NCBI GenBank assembly: GCA_965224085.1
Contig: CBDCYI010000011.1
Location: 800,001-864,000 of the forward strand
DNA: 64,000 nucleotides
Reading direction: 5' to 3'
Origin: Candidatus Marinacidobacterales bacterium
GTDB taxonomy: Bacteria > Acidobacteriota > Vicinamibacteria > Marinacidobacterales > SMYC01
The translations under genes were made by a program, and so were the position numbers. Of this stretch, positions 33,801 through 42,184 are shown in pieces. Within the stretch, counting starts at the first letter, position 1; every line of letters starts with the position of its first letter. The notes under the pieces were generated by a model. That model worked only from the letters and a program-made list of their open reading frames with translations, was not told the origin of the DNA and made no database searches.

Positions 33801-34125
33801 CTGCGCTCCTCACGGGTAGCCCGATCACGACCTCACTTGCGCGCCCGGACATCGTACCGGTCGCGGAGGTCCAGGCGATCCCGCGCACCCGAACCTCGCC
33901 GCGCCATAAGCGATAGTCCAGCTCATCGATGGAAACGACTCCGCCGAGACGGTCCTGCACGACGGTTCGGAGCGCACGCCGGACTTGCCCCTTGCCCCAC
34001 GGCGTGTGAAGAAAAGAGAACGAGACGACGAGGACGAGCGCAAGGGAGACGATCAGAAGGACAACCCATCGACGATTCGTGAGCGCTCGCATGCTGCGTA
34101 GAAGTTTTTCCGGCCGGCAGGCCAT
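27820..34125 (-). CDS. TamB/AsmA-like domain fused to POTRA repeats and an Omp85 (BamA/TamA) barrel
   Basis: N-terminal anchor, long beta-rich region, POTRA (GNTATRESVIRREL), GGPNSVRGF and terminal FSLGHAF. Confidence 0.88.
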   Translation of the reverse strand: MACRPEKLLRSMRALTNRRWVVLLIVSLALVLVVSFSFLHTPWGKGQVRRALRTVVQDRLGGVVSIDELDYRLWRGEVRVRGIAWTSATGTMSGRASEVVIGLPVRSAGTIEIRSPELRVAASGEAVIAVASLPSSLFDFGWTIADGRLVLEGADRSLDIEAIEAELDAGDGSLKGHLSFGKARLDELELGPARTHARVGRTSAELTESRLEKGGSFATGTIRIASYAPLTAEATLSHAFEGSLARELLDAPPMDGVFEGEATINVEGGRLNGEGILRSSRTTIGTSQPVRIQLPWRLSGDVLRIENGDLSGYGGRARVSLTANLPSGYQELEASFEGVELAPSLASRVAGKASASFERWDLASGSGEAELELSTSEAREGVSLSGRVVLRLERGARIRVDAPALEGPGVELSIEGELGETLHLDYRANVRDVGILSARFADVPLQGSSNIVGTIEGPWNAPRSEMSIVSQGLLFAGVPFDIEGSLGLKPPRVQVGALTLRHAAGGVMTFRGGIDLSTATLSLRGVGQGFFFDGRPRLEANLNSMQVALEGPIRSLEGTISARIDGLRVRGVSLPNAQIEAVLDAGRVRLEAHSPSGDGLVEGNVATTAPYAFDVEVDLESLPIGALVQTLPGFEKTELDLAGLLQGSGELSLPSAFTYRLEAETVVGSYRGVGFGAGAPFIVEGNRETVSIRGLTLIGADTAIDIEGTLPLAASGPVGLAARGVARLELLNAFVSGAELAGRADLDVRWTGELARPNVVGDVVLSEGAARLGGVLLDGVDARIRALDSILSIDRLRGELLGGRFDFAGRVPLHQGDARGQLAFVDIDPLALAINGPGPRPRVSVAGDLFGAVAHPSRWRGEGRFDRVSLGPKVEVESDGGTWRLEQGRLVVSGMRFRGGETDLELEGALLVAASDLSTLEWEARSRGRLDMALLSPMLAERGALVSGIVDLDLKARHTQKAREASEPVRLSGHASVKNGRLSLREPGVTVTRLNGELRIKDETFSLSRLEANVGGGKFMGRGRVLFSRASIQEIDLAGRADAVRISYPEGLRSEVSGQLRLSGAPTALLLSGSVDVTRGIFSRNFSLETELLQSLSHLRGWTPVETEKSGMRLDMRIRTVEGLRVDNNLARVEASANLRLAGTLEQPELFGNVSVRPGGEFRFGRNISRVEAARIELRGYPIEPPELDITARTSVGDNDIRLSVRGRTDDLVTEFTGVSRVDPTALSRGDAASLFLTGRKIDQISTEGRAIVVEQMAAYAGSNLAALAETGLGTVLPFRIVTVEPALIQGETDPSARFTLGAALNDQLSFVYSIGLDDTEKQIWIVDYALPRRARTQLVRQEDNAFTMALSQQIQLDLKDRSRPSRQPSATVARVGFYFVSGEPEELENEARDRLGLEAGQRYDYWNAREKTERLRTWLRERGFLSATVDLDAASRGTSAVELDVIVTTGKRVHFDWNGDPIEKATRQALSTAWDGYATDAFLESDLTRIAEGKLFELGYYLSRVDAAIREEAEEITVSVNVRRGPRGTGVAIEFPGTRAIPDTALLAVLPKRSSSVFYEWTTSKRPRLKQSLRVRCASMGYLRAVIGEPETSFDAATGMLRVTIPVDEGEPSIVESIELRGVEALDESEVRASLSLREAAPFRLTDFVKDRAALRTLYRSRGFADVEVDQAVEPGQAPELLRARFTIREGARLKVKDVKVAGNTATRESVIRRELALEPGAPIRPSDVSLSERRLADLRIFRSAEVVVTEPGQGTGERDVVVQVVEAPDVSVDYGLRFTTNGLFEALGDVQAPNLFGRAHRAGLRALVGTNQRIFRFTYGMPYLSRYRVSTDVFIERETRADSPNEDEDFVPFSDRNWTITAQQRRASKDALSVQWSYSYKHLVTELELPDDGFFDPRITVDRAIVTGALIGDHRDRIVDPHRGVIWSVTAQGAPKSLGSDLEFVKLFGQLFAFIPIGRNVVWASGYRVGAANSFGQRLVGDDRFQAGGPNSVRGFEQNTLGPVDPILLRPLGGASVLIFNQEVRFPLLWRLSGAGFYDAGNVFETASDLSLTDLRQSAGLGVRFELPFGLLRLDWARVLDRREGEKRSRFIFSLGHAF

Positions 34126-34253
34126 TGTAGCGTGCTGGAGCTTGCGGGCCGTCGAGCCTCGCGCAACTACCCAGGCCAGAAAACCCAGCGTCTCAGGCCG
34201 TCTTTACGCTATTCTTATTTCGATCAACAGGATGGCAGCTACGGGATGAAGCT

Positions 34254-36026
34254 TTGAAACAGACGGTTTGGAAGGGCTACACGTTTGCTCCCGAGGAGCA
34301 CGAGCGGGAGCTTCTCGCGATTCTCGAGGCGGTCGAGGCCCTTCCTGAGGTCGAAGAACGCTCCGTCGACAGCATCCTCAGACGGCATCCCAAAAACGGA
34401 AGCTCGATCTTTTCGCGGAGCGAGCTCATCGCCGGCTATCGCTTTTTCGCCGAGCGCCATCAATGGCCGAAAGAGCGCTCATCGGTCATAGGGAAGTTGC
34501 GCATGAAGCCGGTGCGCTCGCTGAGCGGCGTCACGCCCGTTACGATTTTGACGAAGCCTTTTCCTTGTCCCGGGAAATGCATCTTCTGCCCGAACGACGT
34601 CAAGATGCCGAAGAGTTATCTCTCGCGCGAGCCCGGAGCTCAGCGCGCGGGCATGCATCAATTCGATCCTTACGATCAGACGCTTTCGCGCCTCGACGCG
34701 CTCTACCGGATCGGGCATCCCGTCGACAAAGTGGAGCTCATCGTTCTCGGCGGTACGTGGTCGTTCTATAGCGAGCCCTATCAGATTTGGTTTCTGACGC
34801 AAACATTCGAAGCGCTGAACGACTTCGGTGGCGGTGTGCGAACGCGTCACGGTGAACGGGGCCCGAAGCTCGATTTCGAAGAGGTCGAGGACACCGTCGA
34901 TGGTCGGCTCGGTGAGAACCGCTATAACGGGATCGTGGCCGATTTCGCGAAGTCCCAGGACGCGTCGGGAGCCATCGAAGCTGCCGAATCGGCGGCGTGG
35001 GATGCGCTCGAGCACGCACAGCGCGTGAACGAGACCGCAGGCGCGCGATGCGTCGGCTTGTCGCTCGAGACGAGACCCGACTACGTTACGGAAGACGAAG
35101 TCATCCGACTCCGTCGTCTCGGTGCAACGAAGATCCAAATTGGCTATCAGAGTCTTTCGGACGAGGTTCTCGCCCTCAATCAACGCGGGCACGACGTCGC
35201 CGCTTCGCGCAACGCAACCAAGCTTCTACGTCAGGCGGGCTTCAAGATCCAAGCGCATTGGATGGCGAATCTCTACGGCTCGACGCCCGAGGAGGATGTG
35301 CGGGACTTCGAGCGCTTGTTCTCGGATCCTGACTTTCGCCCGGATGAGCTCAAGCTCTACCCGTGCAGCCTCATTGAGAGCGCGGAGCTCATGGTGCACT
35401 ACGAGACGGGCCGGTACCGCCCCTACGAAGAAGACGAATTGCTGGAGCTTCTCATCGCGTGTATGACGAGCACGCCCGTCTATTGCCGGTTATCGCGCGT
35501 GATTCGGGACATCCCCGGGGACGACATACTCGCTGGAAGCCGTGTGACCAACTTTCGCGCCGTCGCCGAGAATGAGATGGAGCGGCGCGGACTCGTCGTG
35601 CGGGACATCCGTGCGCGCGAGATCCGGAAAGGGGACACCCCGGCGGAGGCGCTTCGTCTCGTGGTCGAGCGCTATCGGAGCTCGATTGGCGAGGAAGCCT
35701 TTATCCAATTCGTGACGCCCAACGACCGTATCGCCGGGTTTCTCAGACTTTGTCTTCCAGAGACGCCCGCCTATATCGACGAGCTCGCGGCGAGTGCGAT
35801 CATCCGCGAAGTCCATGTCTACGGCGCCGCCGTCGGCATTGGCAAGCGCGACGAACGTAAGACGCAGCACTTGGGCGTCGGCGGTCGCCTGATCGATGAG
35901 GCGAGAACACTCGCCCGCGCGAGCCGCTTCGAGCGGATAGCGGTCATCTCGTCGATCGGAACGCGCGAATATTACCGCCGTCAAGGATTCTCGGACGGCG
36001 TGCTCTACCAGCACCGCGCGCTTTGA
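34254..36026 (+). CDS. elp3: Elp3-family radical SAM/acetyltransferase (tRNA U34 modification)
   Basis: KPVRSLSGV, CPGKCIFCP, PKSY...EP, GGTW, ETRPD, LKLYP, REVHVYG and QHLGVG motifs. Confidence 0.9.
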   Translation: MKQTVWKGYTFAPEEHERELLAILEAVEALPEVEERSVDSILRRHPKNGSSIFSRSELIAGYRFFAERHQWPKERSSVIGKLRMKPVRSLSGVTPVTILTKPFPCPGKCIFCPNDVKMPKSYLSREPGAQRAGMHQFDPYDQTLSRLDALYRIGHPVDKVELIVLGGTWSFYSEPYQIWFLTQTFEALNDFGGGVRTRHGERGPKLDFEEVEDTVDGRLGENRYNGIVADFAKSQDASGAIEAAESAAWDALEHAQRVNETAGARCVGLSLETRPDYVTEDEVIRLRRLGATKIQIGYQSLSDEVLALNQRGHDVAASRNATKLLRQAGFKIQAHWMANLYGSTPEEDVRDFERLFSDPDFRPDELKLYPCSLIESAELMVHYETGRYRPYEEDELLELLIACMTSTPVYCRLSRVIRDIPGDDILAGSRVTNFRAVAENEMERRGLVVRDIRAREIRKGDTPAEALRLVVERYRSSIGEEAFIQFVTPNDRIAGFLRLCLPETPAYIDELAASAIIREVHVYGAAVGIGKRDERKTQHLGVGGRLIDEARTLARASRFERIAVISSIGTREYYRRQGFSDGVLYQHRAL

Positions 36027-36484
36027 TGGGGGAGCCGAGCACGCTCTGGGACCGCGTCGTCAAGAAATCAGCCTCGGCGCTCGCGTCGGGAGCCCTTCAA
36101 CCCATCCAGACCCGTAGCGTCACGCTCGTCGACGGCGGCGTGCGCTTTCTCACCCGTATCGCCTCTTGTTCACTGGAAGACTGCGTCGACCGAGCGCTCG
36201 AGGACGCGGCGGAGGCGACGCGCAAGCGCTACCTTCAGTTGCTGGCTGACGTTGGCCGCGAAACGATCCGCGGGCCTACAACCTTCTCGCCACGCGTGAG
36301 AGGATGGTCGTTATCCCGAGGTCCCGGGAAGCGTGCGAGTCCATTTCGGGTCAACGCGCTCGGCTACGCGGGTGCTCTTTTCGTGCGTGACGAAGGCGAG
36401 CTCGAAAAGCTTCGTCGTATCGGCCCGATGAAGTTGCTCGGTGAAGTCGGGTTGCGGACGGGCCAACCGGGCGAGGCGCTTTAG
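36026..36484 (+). pseudogene. ATP adenylyltransferase (Apa2-like), deleted and frameshifted
   Basis: N-terminal ALASGALQPIQT...GVRF and C-terminal VNALGYAGALFVR...IGPMKLL; the HIT core is missing. Confidence 0.75.
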
Positions 36485-36523
36485 CGGAACGAGAATTTTG
36501 TAGACGCTGATGTTGCCAGCTGT

Positions 36524-36862
36524 TCACCGGCCCGAGGATGCTTGAGACGCCTCTAGTCGTGTCTCGGCCTGGACGGAGCGAACCGGAGAGGTCATGACGG
36601 CGCCGTTTTCGCGAAGAATCTCCAACGGCACCCCAAGCCCGATCCAGTGCATCTTGAGAAGACCGCCGCCGTAGCCGAGGCTGGCTTCGACAGGCTCGGC
36701 GAACGGTCCGCCCTGAACGAGCACTTTCGACTCCCCGGGACTGAGCACCGTCAAATGGTAGAGCGTGTTCTGCGTACGCACCTTCAGCTTCGTGAGCGGC
36801 TCCAGCCCGCTCACGTCTACCCCAGAATCCCGAAATGGGTCGACGTGTTTCGTCACAGCCAT
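36524..36862 (-). CDS. Small hypothetical protein
   Basis: SD GGAGGAGG upstream of the ATG; L.VRTQNTLY...VLVQGG.F...I..G..LE......TSPVRSV. Confidence 0.65.
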   Translation of the reverse strand: MAVTKHVDPFRDSGVDVSGLEPLTKLKVRTQNTLYHLTVLSPGESKVLVQGGPFAEPVEASLGYGGGLLKMHWIGLGVPLEILRENGAVMTSPVRSVQAETRLEASQASSGR

Positions 36863-37236
36863 GGGTTGTGGCCTCCTCCACTTTCCACTAAACGAGATTT
36901 GCGACGGATGACGGCCCCGATCATTGCCATCACCGTGATAGCCGCCGTAAGCGCACAGCCAGCGACCGATATTTCTCCCATCGACGTCCCCCTTCAAAAC
37001 GAAGATGTCACACTTCAATACTAAGGTCGCCGGTACGCGAGTAATCGTCACATCGGCTTGCACATTTTCCGGCAATCGGAATGGAACCATCGGGTGGTGC
37101 AACCCTCCTTGTCGTTTGATTCTCACCTTGAACCCCGCTAGATTGCTCTCCTAATGGCCCTTACCGTCGGAGCTTTGCCACGTCATAGCTGCTGCAATGA
37201 CCGCGGGAGTGGACCGGGCGTCACCGAGTCGGTGAG

Positions 37237-38193
37237 ATGAACTCCGAGCTCGCACGGGCCCATAAGGCAACGAACGCGCTCCACTCATGCGTTCTTCTAG
37301 GTGCGATGGGGATTGTCTTTCTCCTTTTAGGATACTTGCTCGGAGGTGTTCGAGGTGCCGTGCTGGTCTCTGGAGCGGGGTTGTTTCTGCTCTGGTTCAG
37401 TCCTCGCATCGCGCCAAGCGTCATCATGCGTCTTTACGGGGCACAATCGGTACGGCGGGGCGAGATCAGCCAGATCCAAGAGATCGTCCACTTGCTTGCG
37501 CGCAGGGCAGGTCTTTCGAGAGTTCCGCGACTCTATTACGTGCCGACGCGCTTGATGAACGCCTTTACTGTGGGCGACCGCGAGAACTCTGCCATTGGTC
37601 TGACCGACGGGCTCTTGCGGGCTCTGAATCTCAGGGAGCTGGCGGGCGTCCTGGCTCACGAAGTCAGTCACGTGAGGAACAACGACATGCGGGTCATGAC
37701 ACTGGCCGACGTGGTGAGCCGCGTCGCGTCGACGTTTCAAACGCTGGCGCTTTTGAGCGTCGCGTTCATGGCGCTCGCTGGAGCGCGTATCCCGTGGCTC
37801 GTTCTCATGGGTCTACTCGCTACACCGACGGTACTGGCCATGCTCCAGCTGGCTCTCTCCCGAACCCGCGAGTTCGACGCCGACGTGGGAGCTCTAGAAC
37901 TTACCGGAGATGCTGTGGGCCTTGCTTCCGCGCTCGGGAAGATGGAGCGGTATCAGCAACGTTTTCTCGACCGCATCTTGGCTACGGGAAGGCAAGTTCC
38001 GGCGCCTTCGATTCTGCGTTCTCACCCCAACACCGAGGAGCGGATACGTCGGCTTGTCGAGCTCGCGGATTCACCACCCTCCGAGCCCCGATACGCCGAT
38101 GCCCGTACGTTCGGTGGATCGTTCACGGTGCCGGACGCGCTCACACTGATCGATCGTGCGCCGCGCTGGCATGTGAGCGGACTCTGGTACTGA
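37237..38193 (+). CDS. htpX: HtpX-like M48 zinc metalloprotease
   Basis: NAF, TDGLL, LAHEVSH, SRTREFDAD and SHP motifs. Confidence 0.9.
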   Translation: MNSELARAHKATNALHSCVLLGAMGIVFLLLGYLLGGVRGAVLVSGAGLFLLWFSPRIAPSVIMRLYGAQSVRRGEISQIQEIVHLLARRAGLSRVPRLYYVPTRLMNAFTVGDRENSAIGLTDGLLRALNLRELAGVLAHEVSHVRNNDMRVMTLADVVSRVASTFQTLALLSVAFMALAGARIPWLVLMGLLATPTVLAMLQLALSRTREFDADVGALELTGDAVGLASALGKMERYQQRFLDRILATGRQVPAPSILRSHPNTEERIRRLVELADSPPSEPRYADARTFGGSFTVPDALTLIDRAPRWHVSGLWY

Positions 38194-38269
38194 CGAGGCG
38201 GAGAGCGTCCCGAGGGACGCCCGCCTCCGTAACCTACGTTGAGCTGGATCAAATACCTGCTGGACTGAT

Positions 38270-38493
38270 ATGGGCAACAGAGAAGACCGGTTCGTACTCT
38301 GTATCAGGAACGAGGGTTATCAGGCCTTGCTGGAGCCACGGAAGATCTATCGCGTCGTCGCGGATGCGAGGCCAAGGGCAGAGGCATGCTCCGTGTCGTC
38401 GACGAATCCGGCGAAGATTATCCATTCCCTTCCGATTTTTTCGTCGCTGTCGAGGTCCCCGCGGAAGCGAACATCGCCTTCGCTGAGCATTGA
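38270..38493 (+). pseudogene. Small hypothetical protein, frameshifted
   Basis: FVLCIRNEGYQALLEPRKIYRV in one frame and MLRVVDESGEDYPFPSDFFV in another. Confidence 0.55.
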
Positions 38494-38659
38494 AGCGGAG
38501 CGTGCCCTAGATGCGGGGTGAACAGCCGGGAATGGCCTTTCTCTTCGGGTAGCATACTGCCATGAATAGCGTCGCGCGGCTTCGTGCTAGGGCGTGCTGG
38601 AGCCATACGAGTGGCCACACCACTCATCGCGGGGGTTCTACGTCTTCGTCCGTGCCCAA

Positions 38660-39043
38660 ATGAGAATAATCGATCGCGTCCGACCAACTTTGACTGAGGT
38701 TTTACGAAAGAACGAATCGCTTTCGTCCGACCTCAGCGGCGGAGGGTACTGTGCAACGTTCGAGCGTTCCGTCGACGGCGAGCCGTGGGTGCAGGTAAAA
38801 ACCGGCATTTTGAACTTTTTCTATCCAAGCGACGAACCCCCCGTGAAGAAGCTGAAAGCGGCGTCGGTTGAGCTTCCGACAAATGCATCGTGCGTAGACT
38901 GGAAGCCGTGGAGCTACGCGACGTTCGAATTCGAACCAGTGACCGCCGAGGAACTCGCCGAAACGGTGGAGCTTCTCTTTGTGAGGCTTTATGGATTTCC
39001 AGACGACCTCGAGCTTTCGTGCGAGTCGTCCGACATGCGCTGA
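38660..39043 (+). CDS. Hypothetical protein
   Basis: Open frame with protein-like composition; start uncertain (38594 or 38660). Confidence 0.5.
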   Translation: MRIIDRVRPTLTEVLRKNESLSSDLSGGGYCATFERSVDGEPWVQVKTGILNFFYPSDEPPVKKLKAASVELPTNASCVDWKPWSYATFEFEPVTAEELAETVELLFVRLYGFPDDLELSCESSDMR

Positions 39044-39064
39044 GCCGAACGACCTTTATCTTCG

Positions 39065-39236
39065 CGACTGCGACCGAGACGGCTGCTCCGCCCTTCGCAA
39101 GCACGCGCGCGGCGTTGAGCCCCGTGTAGCCGCTTCCGATAATCGCGACATCCGCCCGCTCCGGCCAGTCGACCGTGACCGGCAGGTCGTCCGGCCGCGG
39201 GAATCGACTGCGCCAAAAGGGCTCCGTACTGAGCAC
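39065..39236 (-). pseudogene. N-terminal shard of a FAD-dependent oxidoreductase (DAO/PuuB-like)
   Basis: PFW...ADVAIIGSGYTGLNAARVLAKGG.V.V, then the similarity ends. Confidence 0.7.
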
Positions 39237-39658
39237 GTCACAGATCCTAGGCGATGCCGTGCGGGACCACCACCTCTCATCCGACCGCGCGCCGGCTGCC
39301 GAGCCTCATTTAGATCCCGTGTTATTCGGATTCGCAGCCAGGGTACTGTGTCCGGAACGAGTTCGCTAAGGAGCTGGGCGAGTTTTCCGGTCGTCGGGAA
39401 AAACTCAACGACGTCCATCACGACGTCTCGGTATAAAATCGAGTTCATGACGAGATTCGAAGCGCGCTTCGGGAGTCGTGAGCTCTTCCCGAACCTCGAA
39501 TCACGCGCCTATTTGAACCACGCGGCGATGTCGCCTTTGTCGCTTGCCGTGTGCGAGGCGATGCGTGCATGCATGGACGATTACGGCCGACGAGGTCTCG
39601 GTGCGTTCTTCTCGTGGCACGAGCAACGGAAGCGGCTGAAAGACAAGCTAGCAACATA

Positions 39659-39784
39659 GACTCCTCAATCAACACCTTTCTCAAAAAAGTCTTCCTCAGA
39701 CATACGGTGACGAGGTCTCGGTGGGTCAGAGCTGCATATCTGGACTCCTCAATCAACACCTTTCTCAAAAAAGTCTTCCTCAGA
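39659..39784. repeat. Perfect 42-bp direct repeat duplicating the IS right end
   Basis: GACTCCTCAATCAACACCTTTCTCAAAAAAGTCTTCCTCAGA at 39659-39700 and 39743-39784. Confidence 0.95.
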
Positions 39785-39814
39785 GCTGCTCGTCCAAATC
39801 GGTGACGAGTGGGT

Positions 39815-39995
39815 CAGACTGCAAACATATCTACGGCCTCAGTGAGGAGCGTCTTGGGTGCTCCGGGCCATGACGGAAAATCCGCGCGCGAGGAGCCAAT
39901 CACTTTGAGCGACCTCTGAGGGCCAGTGTTGCTATCGGCTTGACCCCGCGCCGGTCCGACCGGTACGCCATCAGTTGGATGGGTATCGTCGCAGC
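39815..39995 (-). ncRNA. Putative bridge/seek RNA of the IS1111 element (boundaries approximate)
   Basis: Contains segments matching the flanking target (TAGCAACACT, CACT) and the donor junction (TCCCATCA-like, CATATCT), separated by short stems. Confidence 0.75.
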
Positions 39996-40036
39996 CTCTG
40001 TTGGAAGGGAAGAAGGAAAACACGAAAGTGGAGCCT

Positions 40037-41055
40037 CTATGCGGCCGCGGGCACCGACTGGAATTCACTCTCGCGGGTGGAGACGGCCCAGACTATCCGG
40101 GCGAGTTTGTCGCGAGCGGTCCCCGCGAGCGGTGGCGGACCTTCCGCGCCCAGGCGCGGAGCTTGTCGGGCGGGCTCTTGCTGACGTTGGCCGCTCGGAG
40201 CACGGCGCGTCCGCCCTGCGTGAGGAGCGTACGGAGGTAGGAGTCGCCACGCTTGGTGATGCGCCCGAGGCGGCGAATGTCACCACTGGAGTTCTCTTTG
40301 GGAACGAGGCCGAGGTAACTCGAGAAGCGGCGTCCCGATGGGAAGCGGCGCAGATCCCCAACGAAGCCGACGATGGCGGTCGCGGTCAGAAGTCCGATGC
40401 CGGGAATGGTGAGAAGTCGTTGCACCTCAGGAAGCTGCTTGGCGAGCGCCTTGAGCTCGTGCTCGATGCCAGCGCACTTGTCCTTGAGCTCTCGAATCTC
40501 GGAGCACGCATCACGCAGGTGCGGACGGAGCACGTCGGGCAAATCAGAATCAGCGTCTTCGACGAGCTCGGAGATGGCGGGCACGACGAAGTGAGCGCCC
40601 TTGGGGATGAAGAGTCCGAGCTCGCGCAGGATCCCGCGTACGGCATTGATGCGTGCGGTCCGTGTGGAGAGCCATCCTGAGCGTAGGCGATGGAGCGCGG
40701 CGAGGGTGTGCTGGCGCACGGACTTGATGGGCACCGAAAGAATCTCCTCGTTCCGGTAAGCCTCGAGCAAAGCTTTGGTGTCCGCGCGGTCGTTCTTGCT
40801 CCCGCGTCGATACGGCCTTACGAGGTGAGGTGGGAGCAGGACGACGTCGTGTCCCAACCGTCGCAACGTCCTTGCCCAAAAGTGAGCCGAGCCGCAGGCT
40901 TCGAGAAGCACGGTGGCAGCGCTCTGTTTCGCAAAAAACGACACCAACTTGGGTCGACTCACACGGAGTTGCTTGGACACTTTCCCCGCTTCGCGCGAGA
41001 TGGCAATCTCGAAGACGTTCTTTGCAAGATCCACAGCGATCGTCGTATCTTTCAT
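40037..41055 (-). CDS. IS110 DEDD recombinase; C-terminus frameshifted near 40110-40135
   Basis: VDLAK, LEAC, KNDRADT, IPGIG and GLVP.ENSSG motifs; the terminal KLARIVWAV...AAA* lies in another frame. Confidence 0.92.
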
Positions 41056-42131
41056 TCGGACTCCTCCTTTTTCGATGCGTTCTTTCGACTGACTTTGGCA
41101 CATCGATGCCGTCTATGTCAGCGGAGGAGTCCATCCCATCACTCGTCGGGGGAGGCCCCTAGGATCTTGCCTTCGTTTCGAGCACCACGGAGGGGCTCGT
41201 CAAAGTGGCGCTTTGTTTTCCATGGAGAAAAGGTGACCGCATCGTTGTTTTCGACGGTGAGTTCCCGACGAACGTCACCCCCTGGCAACGCGCGGCGAAG
41301 CTTTACGAGCTCGAGATCGTCATGCTTTCGGCGGCCGAGTTTCGCGAGGACGAAGAGCGGGCTCTCGCGAATTTTTCGGAAGCGCTCGAGCGAGGCATCC
41401 GTCTCGTTGCTGTGAGCACCGTCGAGTTTCAGACGGGCTTCCGCATGCCTGTCGTCGAGTTGAGCCGTCGGTGTCATGCGGCCGGGGCCCAGATTTGCGT
41501 GGACGCGATTCAAGGTCTCGGCGTGGTGCCGATGGATGTGGTGGCCGAAGGTACCGACTACCTCGTATGCGGCAGCCACAAGTGGATGATGGCCATCGAC
41601 GGGATTGCCTTCGTGTACGCGGCCGCGGACAAGGCGGCAGCTTTGCGTCCACACGTCGCGGGATGGCTCAGCCACGAGAGTCCGGTCGCGTTCTTGCTCG
41701 AAGGCCCCGGGAATTTGCGCTACGACCGGCCCATTCGTTCGGGCATCGACTTTTTCGAGTCGGGGAGCTTCAGCACGGTCGGTTGTGCCGCTCTCGAAGC
41801 TTCACTCGATCTGCTGCTTCAGCTGTCTCCCGAAGCGATCTTCGACCACGTGAACGACTATCTCGATGCGCTCGAGCCGAAGCTCGTGGAGCTCGGTTTC
41901 GAGAGCTTGCGCTCGGCGAAGCGCGAGCAGCGGTCGGGGATTTTAAGCTTGGCACCTCCCGCGAATATCGACGTCATGGCGATCCAAAAGGCGATCGGGG
42001 AGGCGGGCATCTTCTGTACGGCTCCGGACGGATATCTGCGCTTTTCGCCGCACTGGCCAAACGCGCTCGATGAGATAGAGTACGTGGTGGCGAGCGTCGA
42101 AGCTTCGATCGCCGTAGCATCGAGGGGTGCT

Positions 42132-42179
42132 CACTGATGCACGGATGTATTGATGCACTGATGCACTGATACAATGATT
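42132..42179. repeat. Six degenerate tandem octamers (CACTGATG)
   Basis: cactgatg cacggatg tattgatg cactgatg cactgata caatgatt. Confidence 0.8.
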
Positions 42180-42184
42180 CGAGG

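Larger units (their letters stand above)
39657..41141 (-). mobile_element. IS110 family, IS1111-type insertion sequence
   Basis: CA core at both junctions (39655-39656 and 41140-41141) with no longer target duplication; sub-terminal IR GGAGGAGTCCA / TGGACTCCTC; long non-coding region downstream of the recombinase. Confidence 0.93.
39447..42137 (+). pseudogene. Class-V PLP aminotransferase (cysteine desulfurase-like) split by an IS110 element, with an extra TAG at 41160
   Basis: YLNHAAMSPL...KDKLAT (to 39656) rejoins in frame with LVGGGP*DLAFVSSTTEG...VDAIQG...GSHKW (from 41142). Confidence 0.92.

Noticed and set aside
39659-39784. 42-bp direct repeats with a 42-bp spacer as a mini CRISPR array
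   Set aside because: Only two units, no cas genes, and the repeat is the IS1111 right end.
39804-39811. GACGAGTG match to the right target flank as an additional guide
   Set aside because: It lies outside the predicted guide loops, next to the scrambled end, and an 8-nt match may be chance.
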